Source of the DNA: the human T2T-CHM13v2.0 reference genome, Homo sapiens
Strand: one strand, 5' to 3'
Length of the DNA stretch: 64,000 nucleotides
Assembly (NCBI RefSeq): GCF_009914755.1
Contig: NC_060930.1
The position numbers and the translations under genes are program-made. The notes under the pieces are model-generated. The model saw nothing but the letters and a program-made list of their open reading frames with translations. It was not told where the DNA came from and searched no databases. Positions 1-13,629 of this stretch are shown here, piece after piece (within the stretch, counting starts at the first letter, position 1; every line of letters begins with the position of its first letter).

Positions 1-492
1 TAAAACATTATATTTGGGTGTGTCTATGAAGGTATTTTCAGAAGACATTAGCATCTAAATCAACAGACTAAGTAAAGAAGATCACCTTCACCAATATGTG
101 TAGGCATCATCCAATCTGTTGAGTCCTCAAAAAGAACAAAAGTTGGATGAGGGGTGATTTCATTCTCTCTTCTTGAGCTGGTATATTCATCTGCTCCTGC
201 CCTTGGACATCAGAGCTACTGATTCTCAGGCCTTCAGACTTAGATGGGAGTTACACATTGGCTCCCCTGTTTTCCAGGCCTTTGGACTTGGACTGGAAGT
301 ACAACGCTGGCTTTCTTTGGACTCCATCTTGCAGACAACAAGTAGTGGGATTTCTCAACCTCCATGATCTCTTGAGCCAATCCCTCATAATTAATCCCCA
401 TGTATCTATATAACTAACACATATATATTTATATAGATAGATAAATGCATATCCTACTGGTTCTGTTTTTCTGGAGAACCCTGACTAATACA
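1..492 (+). mobile_element. MLT2-family (ERV-L) solo LTR, 5' part outside the window
   Basis: Typical MLT2 motifs (gggtgtgtctatgaaggtatttt, caggccttcagact) and the canonical end ...ctggagaaccctgactaataca at 492. Confidence 0.85.
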
Positions 493-1207
493 ACTACTTA
501 GCACAGGGCCTGGTACAGAGGTAAACTCAACTAACATTAATACTATGTGTATAGCTTTTACAAATTACTCACTTGATAAACCCTTCAGTAAGTGCCCGAA
601 GATTATTTCCACATCATAACTTTGCATTTTCTCATGTCAGGGTAAGCAGTGCCTTTCCTCCCTAATTTGAGGGATTAAAGTGCAACTCCAGTTCCCAGGA
701 ATTGTGGTCCTTAGCCTTGCCACAGACGTGGAACACTTTGTAATATGACTTTTGCCATTGAACAATGATTCAAATGTGCATTTAGAAAACTAAGGCAGTA
801 AGAGCAAAACTGAGTTAAAATATTCAGCCAAAAGGAGACAGAGACATAGATTTAAAAAGAAAGTACATTGCAGCATTTGTTTCACAAGAACAAAGTGATT
901 TATTGAGGGAATAAATCATTAAGGATATTCTTGTTAGCTGTGATTTTAACTTTTAGAATATCTGACATACATTCTTTTGAATGTGAAAGTGCTGATTTCC
1001 CTCGTCACTTTCACCATGAGCACCCCTTCATTTTTACTTTCTTGCCAAGTTGATTACTCAGAAAATTGGATGCTTGATGGTAGCCCGGCAGCTCTAATTC
1101 TTACTTCTCAGACTAGTCTGAACTTGTAGATATAGGCTGCCTGGAAAATCCTTCATCACAACATATTCTTGAATCGCCTGAAGATGAATTTACAATTCTC
1201 ATTTTTC

Positions 1208-1210
<3 letters not shown>

Positions 1211-1243
<33 letters not shown>

Positions 1244-1490
1244 GAGTCTCACTCTGTAGCTCAATGGAGTGCAGGGGCATCTCATCTCACTGCAACCTCC
1301 ATCTCCCAGGTTCAAGTGATTCTCATGCCTCAAGCCTCTCGAGTAGCTGGGATTATAGGCATGTGCCACCACGCGCAGCTAATTTCTGTATTTTTTTTTT
1401 TTTTTAGTAGAAACAGGGTTTTACCATGTTGGCCAGGCTGGTCTCAAACTCCTGGCCTCAAGTGATCCGCCCACCTCAGCCTCCCAAAGC
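1211..1490 (-). mobile_element. AluS (Sz-like), 5'-truncated by ~40 nt
   Basis: Poly-T then antisense Alu dimer ending at cctcccaaagc; TSD catttttcact at 1200-1210 and 1490-1500. Confidence 0.95.
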
Positions 1491-3333
1491 ATTTTTCACT
1501 TCTTTACATGAGTATTGTACATTTTTAAACTTTATAAAAGTAATACATGGATATCTTTAAATAGTACAAAAAGGAAAAAGTAATCTCCCTTCCCTCTCCT
1601 TAAAGGCTGAAACACTGCTAAGAATTTCTGGTGTACCCTGAAAAAAAACTGTATCTGAATGGAATCTTTCGTTACCACAAGATAAATAGTAATGTGACTC
1701 CAAATAATTAGAACAGTCTAACGTTCATTAAGATACAAACTAGCATTTTATAGAAATTTTATCTGAAAACTCTAGTGCCATAAGGGGTGGCAGATTTTCC
1801 TTTGTGGCTTTTAAGTCCTTTTGTGTACTAGTCCAGCCTGAAACTGAAAATATCTTGATATATGGTCATGGGAAACACTAAACAGGCTCATTTATGGTTA
1901 GAAAAATCTGAATAGAACTTCTTGGTAGTTTGGGGAATTCTGGCAATGAAACTTCACTCAAACAGTTTGATGTTAATTGAGAGACCAAAAACCTTAGGGA
2001 AATATTTTCCTAAGTCATCCCACACTAAGATATAAATAGCCCGATGGTGAAATAATAACAACAATAACAGGAATAGGTCATAAAGGCATTGAGTCATAAG
2101 TGCTGAAATTCATCCCTGTTTTTCTGGGAAGGTTGAGGAACTATTTTGATATTAACTTAATCTGAAATAATTCAGTTATGTTTATTGTAAGTAAAGATAA
2201 TAAGACCTACTCTATATTATATAGTTATTATAGGATTAAATAAAATATTAAGTTTAAAATTTGTTTCAAAGCCAAAACTCATTTTTTTTAAACATTTGTG
2301 GCTTTTTTTTCCATTTTCACAATTGAATTTTTCCCTGAGAAGGAAAAAAAGGTGAAATACCATGAACAGCCTTTTTGTATTAAAGGATAATTCTATCTCA
2401 GGAGAGACTGGAAACCAAACAGAACAAAAACACTACAAGTCTAATTTATTTTTACCTAACTTCTAGTTGATAAATGTGTATGCATGCAGGTCAACTGCTT
2501 ATAAACACTTGATATTTATAATGCTTAGCTGTACTTCTGAAACTCTGCGTCTTATTGCTCATCCATTAGTAGCTGATGATTATGAAAAGAATACAATGGT
2601 TTTTAACCAATAATAGTAATTGTTTAATTGCTATTTTTATTAGACAGTAACTGGGCATTTATTCCATCTATTCACATTCAACGTGTTTGACAGAATGGCA
2701 AGAACAGGTTGCACCACTACAAATAGAAAAAGGTCATCTAATAAAGCAGTTTTTTAATCTTTAGCTTTGTTAAAATTATGAAATGTCTAAAACAATGATT
2801 TCCAATGCTAATGTCTGACAATTTGTCCCTTATATCATGATTAATAAATCAGCACACGTCGTCGTTCAAATTCTGAATCATAAGCTGAACAGAATGCAAT
2901 AACATCGCAGAATTCTTAACAATTTGCCAAGTTCCCTCCCCTGGCCCTTTCTTCATTTTACAGTGATTTACCGTAAGAACATCTATCAAGTGATGAACAG
3001 TGCACCACCAGAAGTACACTTCTGGAATGGGAATATAATAGCATCATTTGAATAGAGGTGCAGTCAATTTTATTTCTTTGTCTCTGGGGAGACAATATAG
3101 ATATATGAAGTCTGTAAAAAGCACTGTAATTTCAAAGCCTCATGTTAACAAATCAATTCATCATTGCCACCATCTTGTTCAAAAAAAAGAGAGAGAGAAC
3201 TTCAACAAGCACGTTAACTTTTCTATGCTCTGTACAAAGCAATAACCAGAAATCATCCTGGTAGAGTGTCCCAAATATCCAAGAGGATGATTCTGGTTCA
3301 TATTCCTCCAGTCTATTCCTTTAAGAAAGTGTT

Positions 3334-3632
3334 GGCAGGGCGCGGTGGCTCACGCCTGTAATCCCAGCACTTTGGAGAGCCAAGGCGGATGGATCACAAG
3401 GTCAGGCGTTGGAGACCAGCCTGGCCAACCTAGTGAAACCCTGTCTCTACTAAAAATACAAAAAATTAGCCGGGCGTGGTGGCGGGTGCCTGTAACCCCA
3501 GCTACTCGGGAGGCTGAGGCAGGAGAATCGCTTGAACCTGGGAAGGTGGAGGTTGCAGTACGCCGAGATTGTGCTACTGCACTCCAGCCTGAGCGACAGA
3601 ACAAGACTCCGTCTCAAACAAACAAACAAAAA
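3334..3632 (+). mobile_element. AluSg-like
   Basis: Full Alu dimer with ggatcac-aaggtcagg 2-nt deletion and gagaccagcctggccaac; (AAAC)n tail. Confidence 0.95.
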
Positions 3633-3912
3633 TGTTAGAGCAGTTGCCGTTTTAGACAATGGAGGAATCTGAAGCAATCAACCAGATAAAATTTGCCAGA
3701 ATCAAGGAAGCCAAAAGAAAAAATGCAAAATCAAAGTATCCTTGCTTCCTCAAAACTTATTCTTTAAAAATCCCTGAAAAAGTGAGGCAGCTCTGACTTT
3801 GAGCCTAGGTAGATGCTGACAGGAGACCTCAAATGTGCCGTTCTCTAGAAAGAGAGCATAGGGAAGGGAGTGCTGAGTGTTGGAATTAGGAGATGAGAGT
3901 TTCTGAGCCCTT

Positions 3913-3915
<3 letters not shown>

Positions 3916-3946
<31 letters not shown>
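3916..3946. repeat. (CA)n microsatellite
   Basis: About 15 perfect AC units. Confidence 0.98.
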
Positions 3947-3948
<2 letters not shown>

Positions 3949-4958
3949 TCCCAACCTCACACCCAAAGTTGGATGTTTTGCAAGGGACAAAGAGGAGCCC
4001 CAGTAAGAGAGTTTCCCGCATAGCATATGTGCTGTCTTGTGCCACTAGATCCCTCCCTGCTAACCCAGAAGCAGAAAATCACAGAAGCTAGAGTTTCCCA
4101 CTAGCTGCCCATCCACAGGCTAAACTAGCTGTCCACCATCAAGTGATGGGAGGGAGAAAACAGAATCCTGGGGGAGAAGTGCAGATAAAACTGGGAGAGC
4201 AAAGCGAGATGAAATGCCACAATATTGACCCACACCTCCCTTTCCCCATCAAATGAGCAGCAACTTCAGAGCCTCTTCTAATACATCTCAAGATATTATG
4301 AAGTCATAAAAAGGCACATGCTCTTGGCAGAACAAAAAAGTGCCCCTGTCTTTTTCCAGAGACAGTGAAGAGCTGACCCAACAATTGCCAAAGAGGGAAG
4401 GTTTGGGTAGTGGAGCCTGTGGATGCACTTTGCTTCTGGGTAGAGCTTCTTCTTTTCCTGATTTCCCTTCCTCTGTAGCTGAGAAAGAATTGCGGAAATA
4501 CAGCAAGCTTCTCTCTCAGACCCAGGATCCAAATAGGGTCTCCATAGGAAGAAATGGAGGCAAATTTATTATCCTTTTTTTCCTGCAGGGACTTGTGAGT
4601 TTCAGATAAACAAGGGAAGGGGTGAGAAAGGGGAAATGTAGTACTTGGGTTCTTTGTCTTTGCAACACTGCTTTATCACAAACAGTAGCCACTGCTTCTT
4701 CAAAACAAGAGGCATGGGTGAGAAGCCAAATGTGGAACCATTCATGGAAACGGAGGCCTTATGACCAGAATATTTTATGTGGTAAGGCGTCTAACTTTGT
4801 AAGGGCTGAGAAAAAACAACATGGAATAAAATAGAGCCAGAACTAACCAGAGTGAAAGGAAACAGAAGGGCGTATCTGATATTCTTTTTGTAACCTAGCA
4901 TTAAACTGTAACTATAGAGGATAATTTATCTAGAGATGAAAAACCCCAATGTAAAGGT

Positions 4959-5190
4959 TGTGTGTGCACACATGCATGTGTGCATCCATGTGTGTTTGTG
5001 CATGTGTGTGTGCATGCGTGTTTGTGTGTGTGCATCCATGTGTGTTTGTGCATGTGTGTGCATGTGTTTGTGCACGTGTGTGTGCATCCATGTGTGTGTG
5101 CATGCATGTTTGTGCATGTATATGTGCATCCATGTGTGTGCATGTGTGTGTGCATGCATGTGTGTTTGTGCATGTGTGTGCACGCATGTG
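4959..5190. repeat. Compound (TG)n/TGCA repeat with ~42-52 bp higher-order period
   Basis: tgcatccatgtgtg recurs at 4981, 5031, 5083 and 5125. Confidence 0.95.
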
Positions 5191-5650
5191 AACTGCATGA
5201 GTCAAAGCTGCAGGACAGCCCGGGACAAATGAGAATGTTCAAGCCTGATGAAACAAATCAATATTTTGGCCTCCTCGAGCAAACAAATGAACAAATGTGT
5301 TCTGAAAAATATTATTGAAACTTATAGCCCCAAGATATTGTAGGTGTGTGTTGGTGAGAGTAATTACAGAACTAATTCCACTGAGATACTGAAAATGCCT
5401 TCAGCTTGGTAACCTATCGACATGGCAAGAACTGTTATCAGTGAAAACAAAAGCAGGTTTTCTGCTTTCTTTAATTTACTTACTTTGGTTGGAACTCTTC
5501 CTTTCTTTGTTAAATCACAGGCTTTTGCCCGGGATGTTTAATGTAATAAGAGAGACAAATAGCCTGTGCCATATCTGTGTGAAATAGGCACACAGACTAA
5601 TGGGGACAAATAAATAGTTGCTGTTGTCAGAGAATACCTTGGGTCCATCA

Positions 5651-6036
<386 letters not shown>

Positions 6037-6074
6037 CTAGGTTCAAGGCATTCATATTTATTAAACCTGATAAA

Positions 6075-7190
6075 TTCATTCATTCAACAGTCATTTAGTA
6101 GACTTGTTGAGAACTTATTATGAGTCAAGGTTCTCGGCATATAGCAGTGAATAAAACAAAAACAGTAATCTTATCCTTTATGGAGTTTACATCTAATAAG
6201 GGAGGCACACATTAAATAAGATAAATAAGTATAGCATATTAGGAAGTAATAAATGCTAAGGAGAAAAATTAGGCAGAAGAGGAGAATATGAAGCTTCAAA
6301 TGGAGCAGAATTTTAAATGGAGTAGATGGGAAAATGACATTTTTAGAAAAGAACTTAGGGTAGAAACCAAGCAGAAACCTGAGGGTGGGAGGAGAGGTAT
6401 TACAGGTGGTTGAAACAGCTTGTGCAAAGGTCCTGGGGTAGGAATGTGTCCAAGGAACAGCAATGCAGGCTGAAGTAAATAGAAGGCATGGAAGAATAGT
6501 GGGAAATGAAGGCAGAGATAATGAAGGACCTTGTAGGTCAATGTATAGACATTAGTATTTACTCTTGGAAGGGTTTGAACACATGAATGATCTACTCTAA
6601 CTTATACAGTGTCCCTCTGGCTGCTTTTATGAAAAAGGACAGAATGGGAGTTAAAGAGAAAGCAAGAAAACCTCTTAAAAATCAATTTATATAACCCAGT
6701 CTCTGGTGGCTGGGACTAGGGATGGTAGCCACAGAGGTGGTAGAACATGGTACAATGCTGGACATATTTTTAAGGCAGAGTCAACATGATTTGCTGATGG
6801 ATTTGATCTGGGGGGGTGGTGAAAGAAAAAAAGAAGTCAATGATGTCTTCAAGGTTTTCACTCTGAGCAATTGGCACAAATGAAATTTCCTCTACAAGGA
6901 TGGGAAAGACTAGAGAAAGGTCAGGTTATAACAGGGAGAAATATTATGAGCCCAGTTTCAGACATGCTATCTTTAGTTGCTTAGTTGAAGTAGTGGAAAT
7001 GAGTTTGGAATAGAGTTCAGAGACAAGTCAGTGCTGGAAATATAAATTTTGGCTTCAACAAAAGGCAGCATTTAAAGCCGTAAGTCTGGATAGCACCTTC
7101 AAGGAACTGAGTTATCCAGAAAGAAGAAGAGATCCAAGGACTAAGCCCTGAGTTACTACAGCTTGAGGATGAATCAATACAGTAGATGTG
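6075..7190 (-). mobile_element. L2a LINE 3' portion
   Basis: Begins with the antisense L2 tail ttcattcattcaaca and continues with L2 motifs (tgtgcaaaggtcctggggtagga, ccttgtaggtcaatg, atttgctgatggatttga). Confidence 0.85.
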
Positions 7191-7824
7191 GTACGTCTGG
7201 ATTTCAGTAATGCATTCGTCATTCTCCCATTAAAAGAAGGTTGGTAAGGAGCCTTCACTAATGACACAACTAGAGTCAAACTTACAAGACAAATTATTAT
7301 CAAATGGTTCTGTGGAGGGAGCTAATTCATGGAAAACTGAAGCTATGGTCCTGATCCTATCCCGTCACCATCTTTTATTAAACTAGGGAAGTATATATGC
7401 AATCCCTGCCTTTCTAACTGAACACTGTTTAAACTCAGGCCTCCACCCCTTTCTTCCATAACTACATGCTTCAGGTAAGCTCCAGGCTTGGTGCTGTCTG
7501 GCCTAAGGATGATCCCATTCCCTCTTGCCTCCATATGGAAATGTGACTTTCAGTCAGTGAAAAATCAAAAGTTATCCAGGAAGCTCCAAAAAAAAAAAAA
7601 AAAGAAAAAAAAAAGTCCTGGCTCTTAAGAGCAAGCTGGGGGAAGAGATGGCTTTGCTTTCTCCTCCTTTAAGTTTCTGATAAAAGCACCTGGAATTGTG
7701 TCCTGCAGTCATCCTGCAGAGATTGTCTATGATAAATGAATAATAATATCCATGAGATACAGATCTAAGAAGTCAACACAGAATCATGGAGCTCAGAGCT
7801 GGAAAACCATGCAGAAAAGATAAG

Positions 7825-8160
7825 CGAGGATGTCATAACAAAATACCATAAACTAGGTGGATTATAAACAACAGAAATTGATTTCCCACAGTTCTGGAGG
7901 CTGAGAAGTCCCAGATCAAAGTGTCAGCAGATTCCGCGTCTGCGGAGGGCCCACTTCCAGCCTCATAGTCGGGGCCTCCTTGCTGCTGTGTCCTCACATG
8001 GCAGAAGGCACCAGGGATCTTTCTTAAATCAGAGCACTAATCCCATTCATCCACCCTTATGAGCTACTCACCACCCAAAGGCCCAACTTCCTAATCCTAT
8101 CATGCTGGGGATTCGTATTTTAACATATGAATTTTGAGAGGATACATTCAGTCCACTGCA
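7825..8160 (-). mobile_element. MLT1A-like MaLR solo LTR
   Basis: ataacaaaataccataaactaggtgg...cacagttctggaggctgagaagtcc...aacatatgaattttgag. Confidence 0.85.
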
Positions 8161-8887
8161 GAGTGGTTCAGAGTTTGGGGCAAGTTCAGCTCAGGATCCA
8201 GAGCCTGGTCACTGAATTCTCAGGCCAGTTCTCCTCTTCTGCACCACATGGTCACCTTAGCCTTGCTTCTTTTTAGCATTTACTCTATACCTTTTGGACA
8301 GGCCTATTGCTCTCCTGAGAATCTCTAATTGGTGTTTTTACCATCTGATAGGAAATACGACCTTCAACAAACAGCCAGAATGCCTTTGACAGAGTGATAC
8401 ACAGAGTCTTACTTCACCTACCAGCAGAAAAGATCAACGCTCTAGTGCGTGCAGACAGAACACAATTGGCTTATCCGACTTGTTAAGTATTGAAATCCTC
8501 CATGAATTTTCAAGGAAATTAAGAACTGAATTCTGTCCTCAGTCTGTGTGTGTTATTTTTGTTTATTTCACCAGAAACTGTATATCCATGCCCATCAGGA
8601 AATTATAATCAACAAATACAGCCATGGGAAAAGAGTACCCGCAATGCATGGAGGTAGGGAAAAGTTGCAAAACATATCCTATTATACTCAGATAGATTGG
8701 GAAGTTGGTTGGAGTTATGTTGGAGATGATACAGGGTCTCAAAAGAGATTGTGCCCAAGTAGGGTAAGTCAGGTGGGAGGCTGGTGAGGTAGACAGTGTA
8801 TATTTTTTAACTGTGTGCAAACTCTGTGTGTGAGTAGGGAGGGAATAGTTTGATTACCATATGGAAAACTTTCATCTCCCGTAATCA

Positions 8888-9190
8888 GAATAACTAACAC
8901 ATAGATGATGCTTATTATATGCCAGACAGTGGACTTTATAATAATTTACTACACTCAGATGATCTTATCTATTTCATGTGAGGCATGATTGTTAAGTGAG
9001 TATATGTGTGTGTACATATATAAGAATATATATACACATATATACACACACATAGTATAAATAGAGATGATAAATTCTATTGTTATTTCCATTTTACAGA
9101 GACACAGAGAGGTTCGGTAACTTACCCAAGGTCACACAGCCAGTGAGGTGCAAAATTGGCTCTGAAGCTCATGGTCTCAATCATTATGCT
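8888..9190 (-). mobile_element. MIR with internal TA/CA-rich expansion
   Basis: Antisense MIR core cattttacaga...agaggttcggtaacttacccaaggtcacacagc. Confidence 0.8.
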
Positions 9191-9332
9191 AAAAAAGTTA
9201 CTGTTACTCCTCATCTTGGCACACAATGAAAGCATTTCCTAAACTGGTTTTGATGCCCCACTTATCCTCACCTCTGGGGCTTCTCACATTATATGTCACA
9301 CTAAACTTCTTTATCTGGCCCAGTTACAAGTA

Positions 9333-10262
9333 TTTTTTTAACTGACAAATGGTAATATGGGATACGTGATGTTTTAATATATGCATTCATGTAAATGGAT
9401 ACATCAAGCTAATTGACAAATGCATCACCTCACACACATCATTTCTGTGGTGAGAACATTTAAAATGTACTCTTTTAGCAATGCTGAAGTACACATTATT
9501 ATTAGTTACAGTCACTATTCTGTGCAATAGATCTCAAAAATGTATTCATCCTACTAAAATTTTGTAGGCTTTGACCAGCGTCTTCCTATTCCCCAACCCC
9601 CAGCCTCTGGTAACCTCCATTCTACTCTCTACTTCTATTAGTTTGGCTTTTTTAGATTGCATTTATAAGTGAGATCATAAAAAATTTGTTGTTCTGTGCT
9701 TGGCTTATTTTGCTTAGAAAAATGTCTTCTAGGTTTATCCATGTTGTTACATATGATAGAATTTCCTTCTTTTTAAAGGCTATTATTCCATTGTGTATAT
9801 TGCCACATTTTCTTTATCCATTCATCCATTGATGAACACTGGGGTTGATTCCAATATATTGGCTATTGTGAATAATGCTGTAATGAATTTGGTAGTGAAG
9901 ATACCTCTTCAACATGCAGATTTCAATTCCTTCAAATATACACCCAGCAGCGGGATTGCTGGATCATATGGTAGTTCCATTTTTAGTTTTTTGAAGAAAC
10001 TCCATACTGTTTTCCAGAAGGGCTATACTAATTTACATTCCCACCAACAGAACTCAAGGATTCTGTCTTTTTGTTAATAGCCACCCTAACAGGTGTGAGG
10101 TGATATCTCATTATGGTTTTAATTTGCATTTCCCTGATGATTAGTGATGTTGAAAGTATTTTCATATACCTGTTGGCCATTCGTATGTGTTCTTTTGATA
10201 ACTGTCTAGTCAGGTTCCTTGCCCATATTTAAATACAGTTATTTATTTTCTTGCTATTGATA
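9333..10262 (-). mobile_element. L1MA8/9-like 3' end
   Basis: Antisense L1MA 3' UTR (gtggtgagaacatttaaaatgtactct) running into the ORF2 end (gggattgctggatcatatggtagttc). Confidence 0.9.
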
Positions 10263-11689
10263 TGTAGATGACATACAGAGGTTATAAATTGCTCTAGCAT
10301 ATTTACCAGCACAACACCATCTGGGTTCTGCATCCTAACAAGGCATTAGGTGCTACATGGGAACATAAGTGAAAAGTGACTTCATTTGATGAGTAGCAAG
10401 GATTGAGTCACTTACCCTACTACCTCTCATTTTTTGTTTCAAGCAAGTGAAGGTAAAAGTCCTGAGAATCCATTAACAGGTAAAATGTCTTAAGATTTAT
10501 GTGGAAGGTTTTCTCTATATAACTGGTGTGTCCTTCTGAAATGTTTGGCAAATCCAACTCAAGATTCTTGATGACCAGGCTGTTTGAACAGGCGGCTACT
10601 CCAGAGAGATGTTAACTGCACAAAATAATTGATAGCAAGCAAACTATCAAACGCCCTAGTTGTGCAGTCATCATGTAATGCCTTTTTCCTTCATTAGGTC
10701 ATTCATTCTAAAGCGGATGATCCTTATATTTGAACTCATATTTATATTTTACTTCTAATCTAAGAACTTTATACAGAATGATAGTTTTAAGTCTTAGAGA
10801 TATAAGGCACTCAATCAGAAATAGACACAAATAACATACTCAAGAGCTTCCAAAATAAACAAAATGTAATATATCATGCAGGAGATACAAGCCACATTGA
10901 AGAGCTCAAATTTTTAGAAATACCGTTGGTTGAAATTTTACATTTTGTTCGAGAAAGTTTCAAATGGAAACATTTTTCTTCTGTGGGTGCCATGAAGCAG
11001 CTGTTCATGTGAAGAGAAGGACATTGAAAAGAGTGATGTGAAGCTTTAATTAAAGCCCGTCTGCTGTTTTACTGTTTCTGACTATTGAACACAGTTTGTG
11101 TTATTAACATAATACTTGGAAATGTAATTTCCTTCAGATTTTGTTCTCTGGGATGCAAGCCTGCTGCTTCTCTACATTGTCTTCTATTTATCCTGTTCCA
11201 TCACTCTCAACTTAGGCTAAAAAAAGAAAAAAGTTCCAATTCATGAACCAATAAGGAAATCAATAATTATTGAACAAGTGATGCTCTGATGCTCAAACAA
11301 TTGATTAATGAGTTAGGGGAAAAAATAAAGTTAGAGGCTCACCTTGTCCTGTAATTATAACATATTAGATGTATCAGAACATGTTTCCCAAAGCAAGCTC
11401 TGAGGAATCACATCTCATATGTGCTCAGGAAAATAGAAACAATGTGTTCATTAAACAACTCTGGTTGTGTCTTTCCTCTGCTTCCCTCACATAAAGTAAA
11501 TAATGTACATTAGCAAGCTAAATACTCGGAGAAGTCCTAAAGCTTTTTCAAAAATGAGCCTAACGTGTAGCCTTGTATTTCTTTGTGACCATAGAAAATT
11601 TTCTGCCTCTCATCTATCATCATTCTACAGAACTAAGATCAACAAAGACAGAATTGGGAAAGAGGATATATTAAAATGGTAAATATTTT

Positions 11690-11907
11690 AATAATCATAA
11701 GGACTAAAAAAATACTTGTGAGTTGTTATTGGATATTTTAATGTAGAATTTCTGAATGATAAAAGACCAGAAAATTAACATTTTCATATATCTTAAGACT
11801 TTATAAACAAAAGCAAATGGTTGACTGGACATGAATATTGTAAAATGTTGGCAAAGTCTGTATCTACAATATAAAAAGAACATTAGAAATAAATAAGGGA
11901 AGATCCC
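11690..11907 (+). mobile_element. Old L1M(E)-like ORF2 fragment, left half (resumes at ~14271-14390)
   Basis: Degenerate match to the L1 ORF2 3' region (tatctacaatataaaaagaac...aataagggaagatccca); the next consensus segment aatagaaaaa..gaacag appears at 14271. Confidence 0.5.
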
Positions 11908-12113
11908 AGGGAGGAGAATGCCAGCAAACAGCTCGGCTGGCTGATAAAAGTGAGTGGAGCCCCATTACATGAGAGAGACAGCGACATTGGATATTTTTAT
12001 GTAGAATTTCTGCAAAAGAAAAGAACACAAATTTAAAAACCATTTCTATTTGACTGCATGGAAGTTAACATTTCCATACATCCTGAGACTTCATAAACAA
12101 AAGCAAACTGAGT

Positions 12114-13624
12114 ACAAAAACAAGACCCATTCATATGCAGTCTTGAAGAGACCCATCTCACATGTAACAACACCCATAGACCCAAAGTAAAGGCTTGGAG
12201 AAAGATTTACTATACAAGTGAAAAACAAAAACAAAGCAGAAGTCACTATTATTATGTCAGGTAAAAGTTCTTAAGTCAACAACAGTAAAAATAAACAAAA
12301 AAGGGCATTATATAATGATAAACCACACAATTCAACAAGAAGTCTTAACTAAATACATATGCGCTCAACATTGGAGCACCCAGATTCATACAACAAGTAC
12401 TTCTTGACCTACAAAAAGACTTAGCCACACAATAACAGTGGAGACTTCAACATCCCACTGACAGCATTCAACAGATCATTGAGGTGGAAAACTGGAAAAA
12501 TTTTGGATTTAAATTTGCCACCTAACCAATCGGACCTAATAGACACCTATAGAATAATCCACCCATCAGCCATAGAATATACATTCTTTTCCTCTGCACA
12601 TGGGACATACTCCAAGATCAATCACATGTTTGGTCATAAAGAAAGTCTCAGTGAATTCAAAAATACTGACATAATGCCAACCATCGTCTTGAACTACAGT
12701 GGAATAAAAATAGAAATGAATATGAGAAGATCCCTCAAAACCACACAATTACATGAAAACTAAACAACTTGCTGTTGAACAACTTTTGGAGAAACAATAA
12801 AATTTAAAAATTATTTTAAATAAATGTAAACTTAGAAACAACATACCAAAATCTCTGGGATGCAACAAATGCAGTGTTAAGAAGACAGTTATAGCACTAA
12901 GTGCCTGTCTCAAAAAGTTATAAAGTTAATAATCTCACATCACAGTTAGAGGAACTAGAAAAATAACCCCAAAACTAGCAGTAGCAAAGAAATACTAAAA
13001 TCAACACAGACCTGAACAAAATTGAGACCCAAAAATCTATACAAAGAAGCAATGAAACCAAAAGTGGGTTCTTTGAAAGGATAAACAAGATCCATAGACC
13101 ACTAGCTAGATTAACAAAGAAAAAAAGAGAGAAGATCCATATAAGCACAACCAGAAACACAAAGATGACATTACAACCGATCCTACAGAAATACAAAGGA
13201 TTTTCAGAGACTATTCTGAACACCTCATGCACACAAACTAGAATACTGAGAGGAAATGAATAAATTCCTGGAAACACACAATCTCCCAAGGATAAATCAG
13301 GAAGAAATGAGGAGACAAGATCAAGTTCTGACATTGAATCATAACAAAAATCCTACCAACCAAAAAAACCCTGGACCACATGGATTCACAGTCAAATCCT
13401 ACCAGATGTACAAAGAAGAGCTAGCACCGATTCTACTGAAACTATCCAAAAAATCGAAGAGGAAGAACTCCTCTCTAACTCATTCTATGAAGCCACCATC
13501 ATCCTGATACCAAAACCTGGCAAACAGACAACAAAAAAGAGAACTACAGGCCAATATCCCTGATTAACATAGATGCAAAAATCTTCAACAAAATACTAGC
13601 AAACCAAATCCATTAGCACATCAA
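12114..13624 (+). mobile_element. L1PB/old L1PA internal ORF2 fragment (endonuclease to start of RT), truncated at both ends
   Basis: ORF pieces DLIDTYRIIHP..EYTFFSSAHGTYSKINHM and [17 protein letters not shown] match L1 ORF2; no 3' UTR, poly(A) or TSD seen. Confidence 0.92.
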
Positions 13625-13629
13625 GGATA

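Noticed and set aside
4901-5318. Six overlapping 77-118 aa ORFs (HTHM/CVCA-rich)
   Set aside because: Stop-free translation of the TG/CA repeat, not genes
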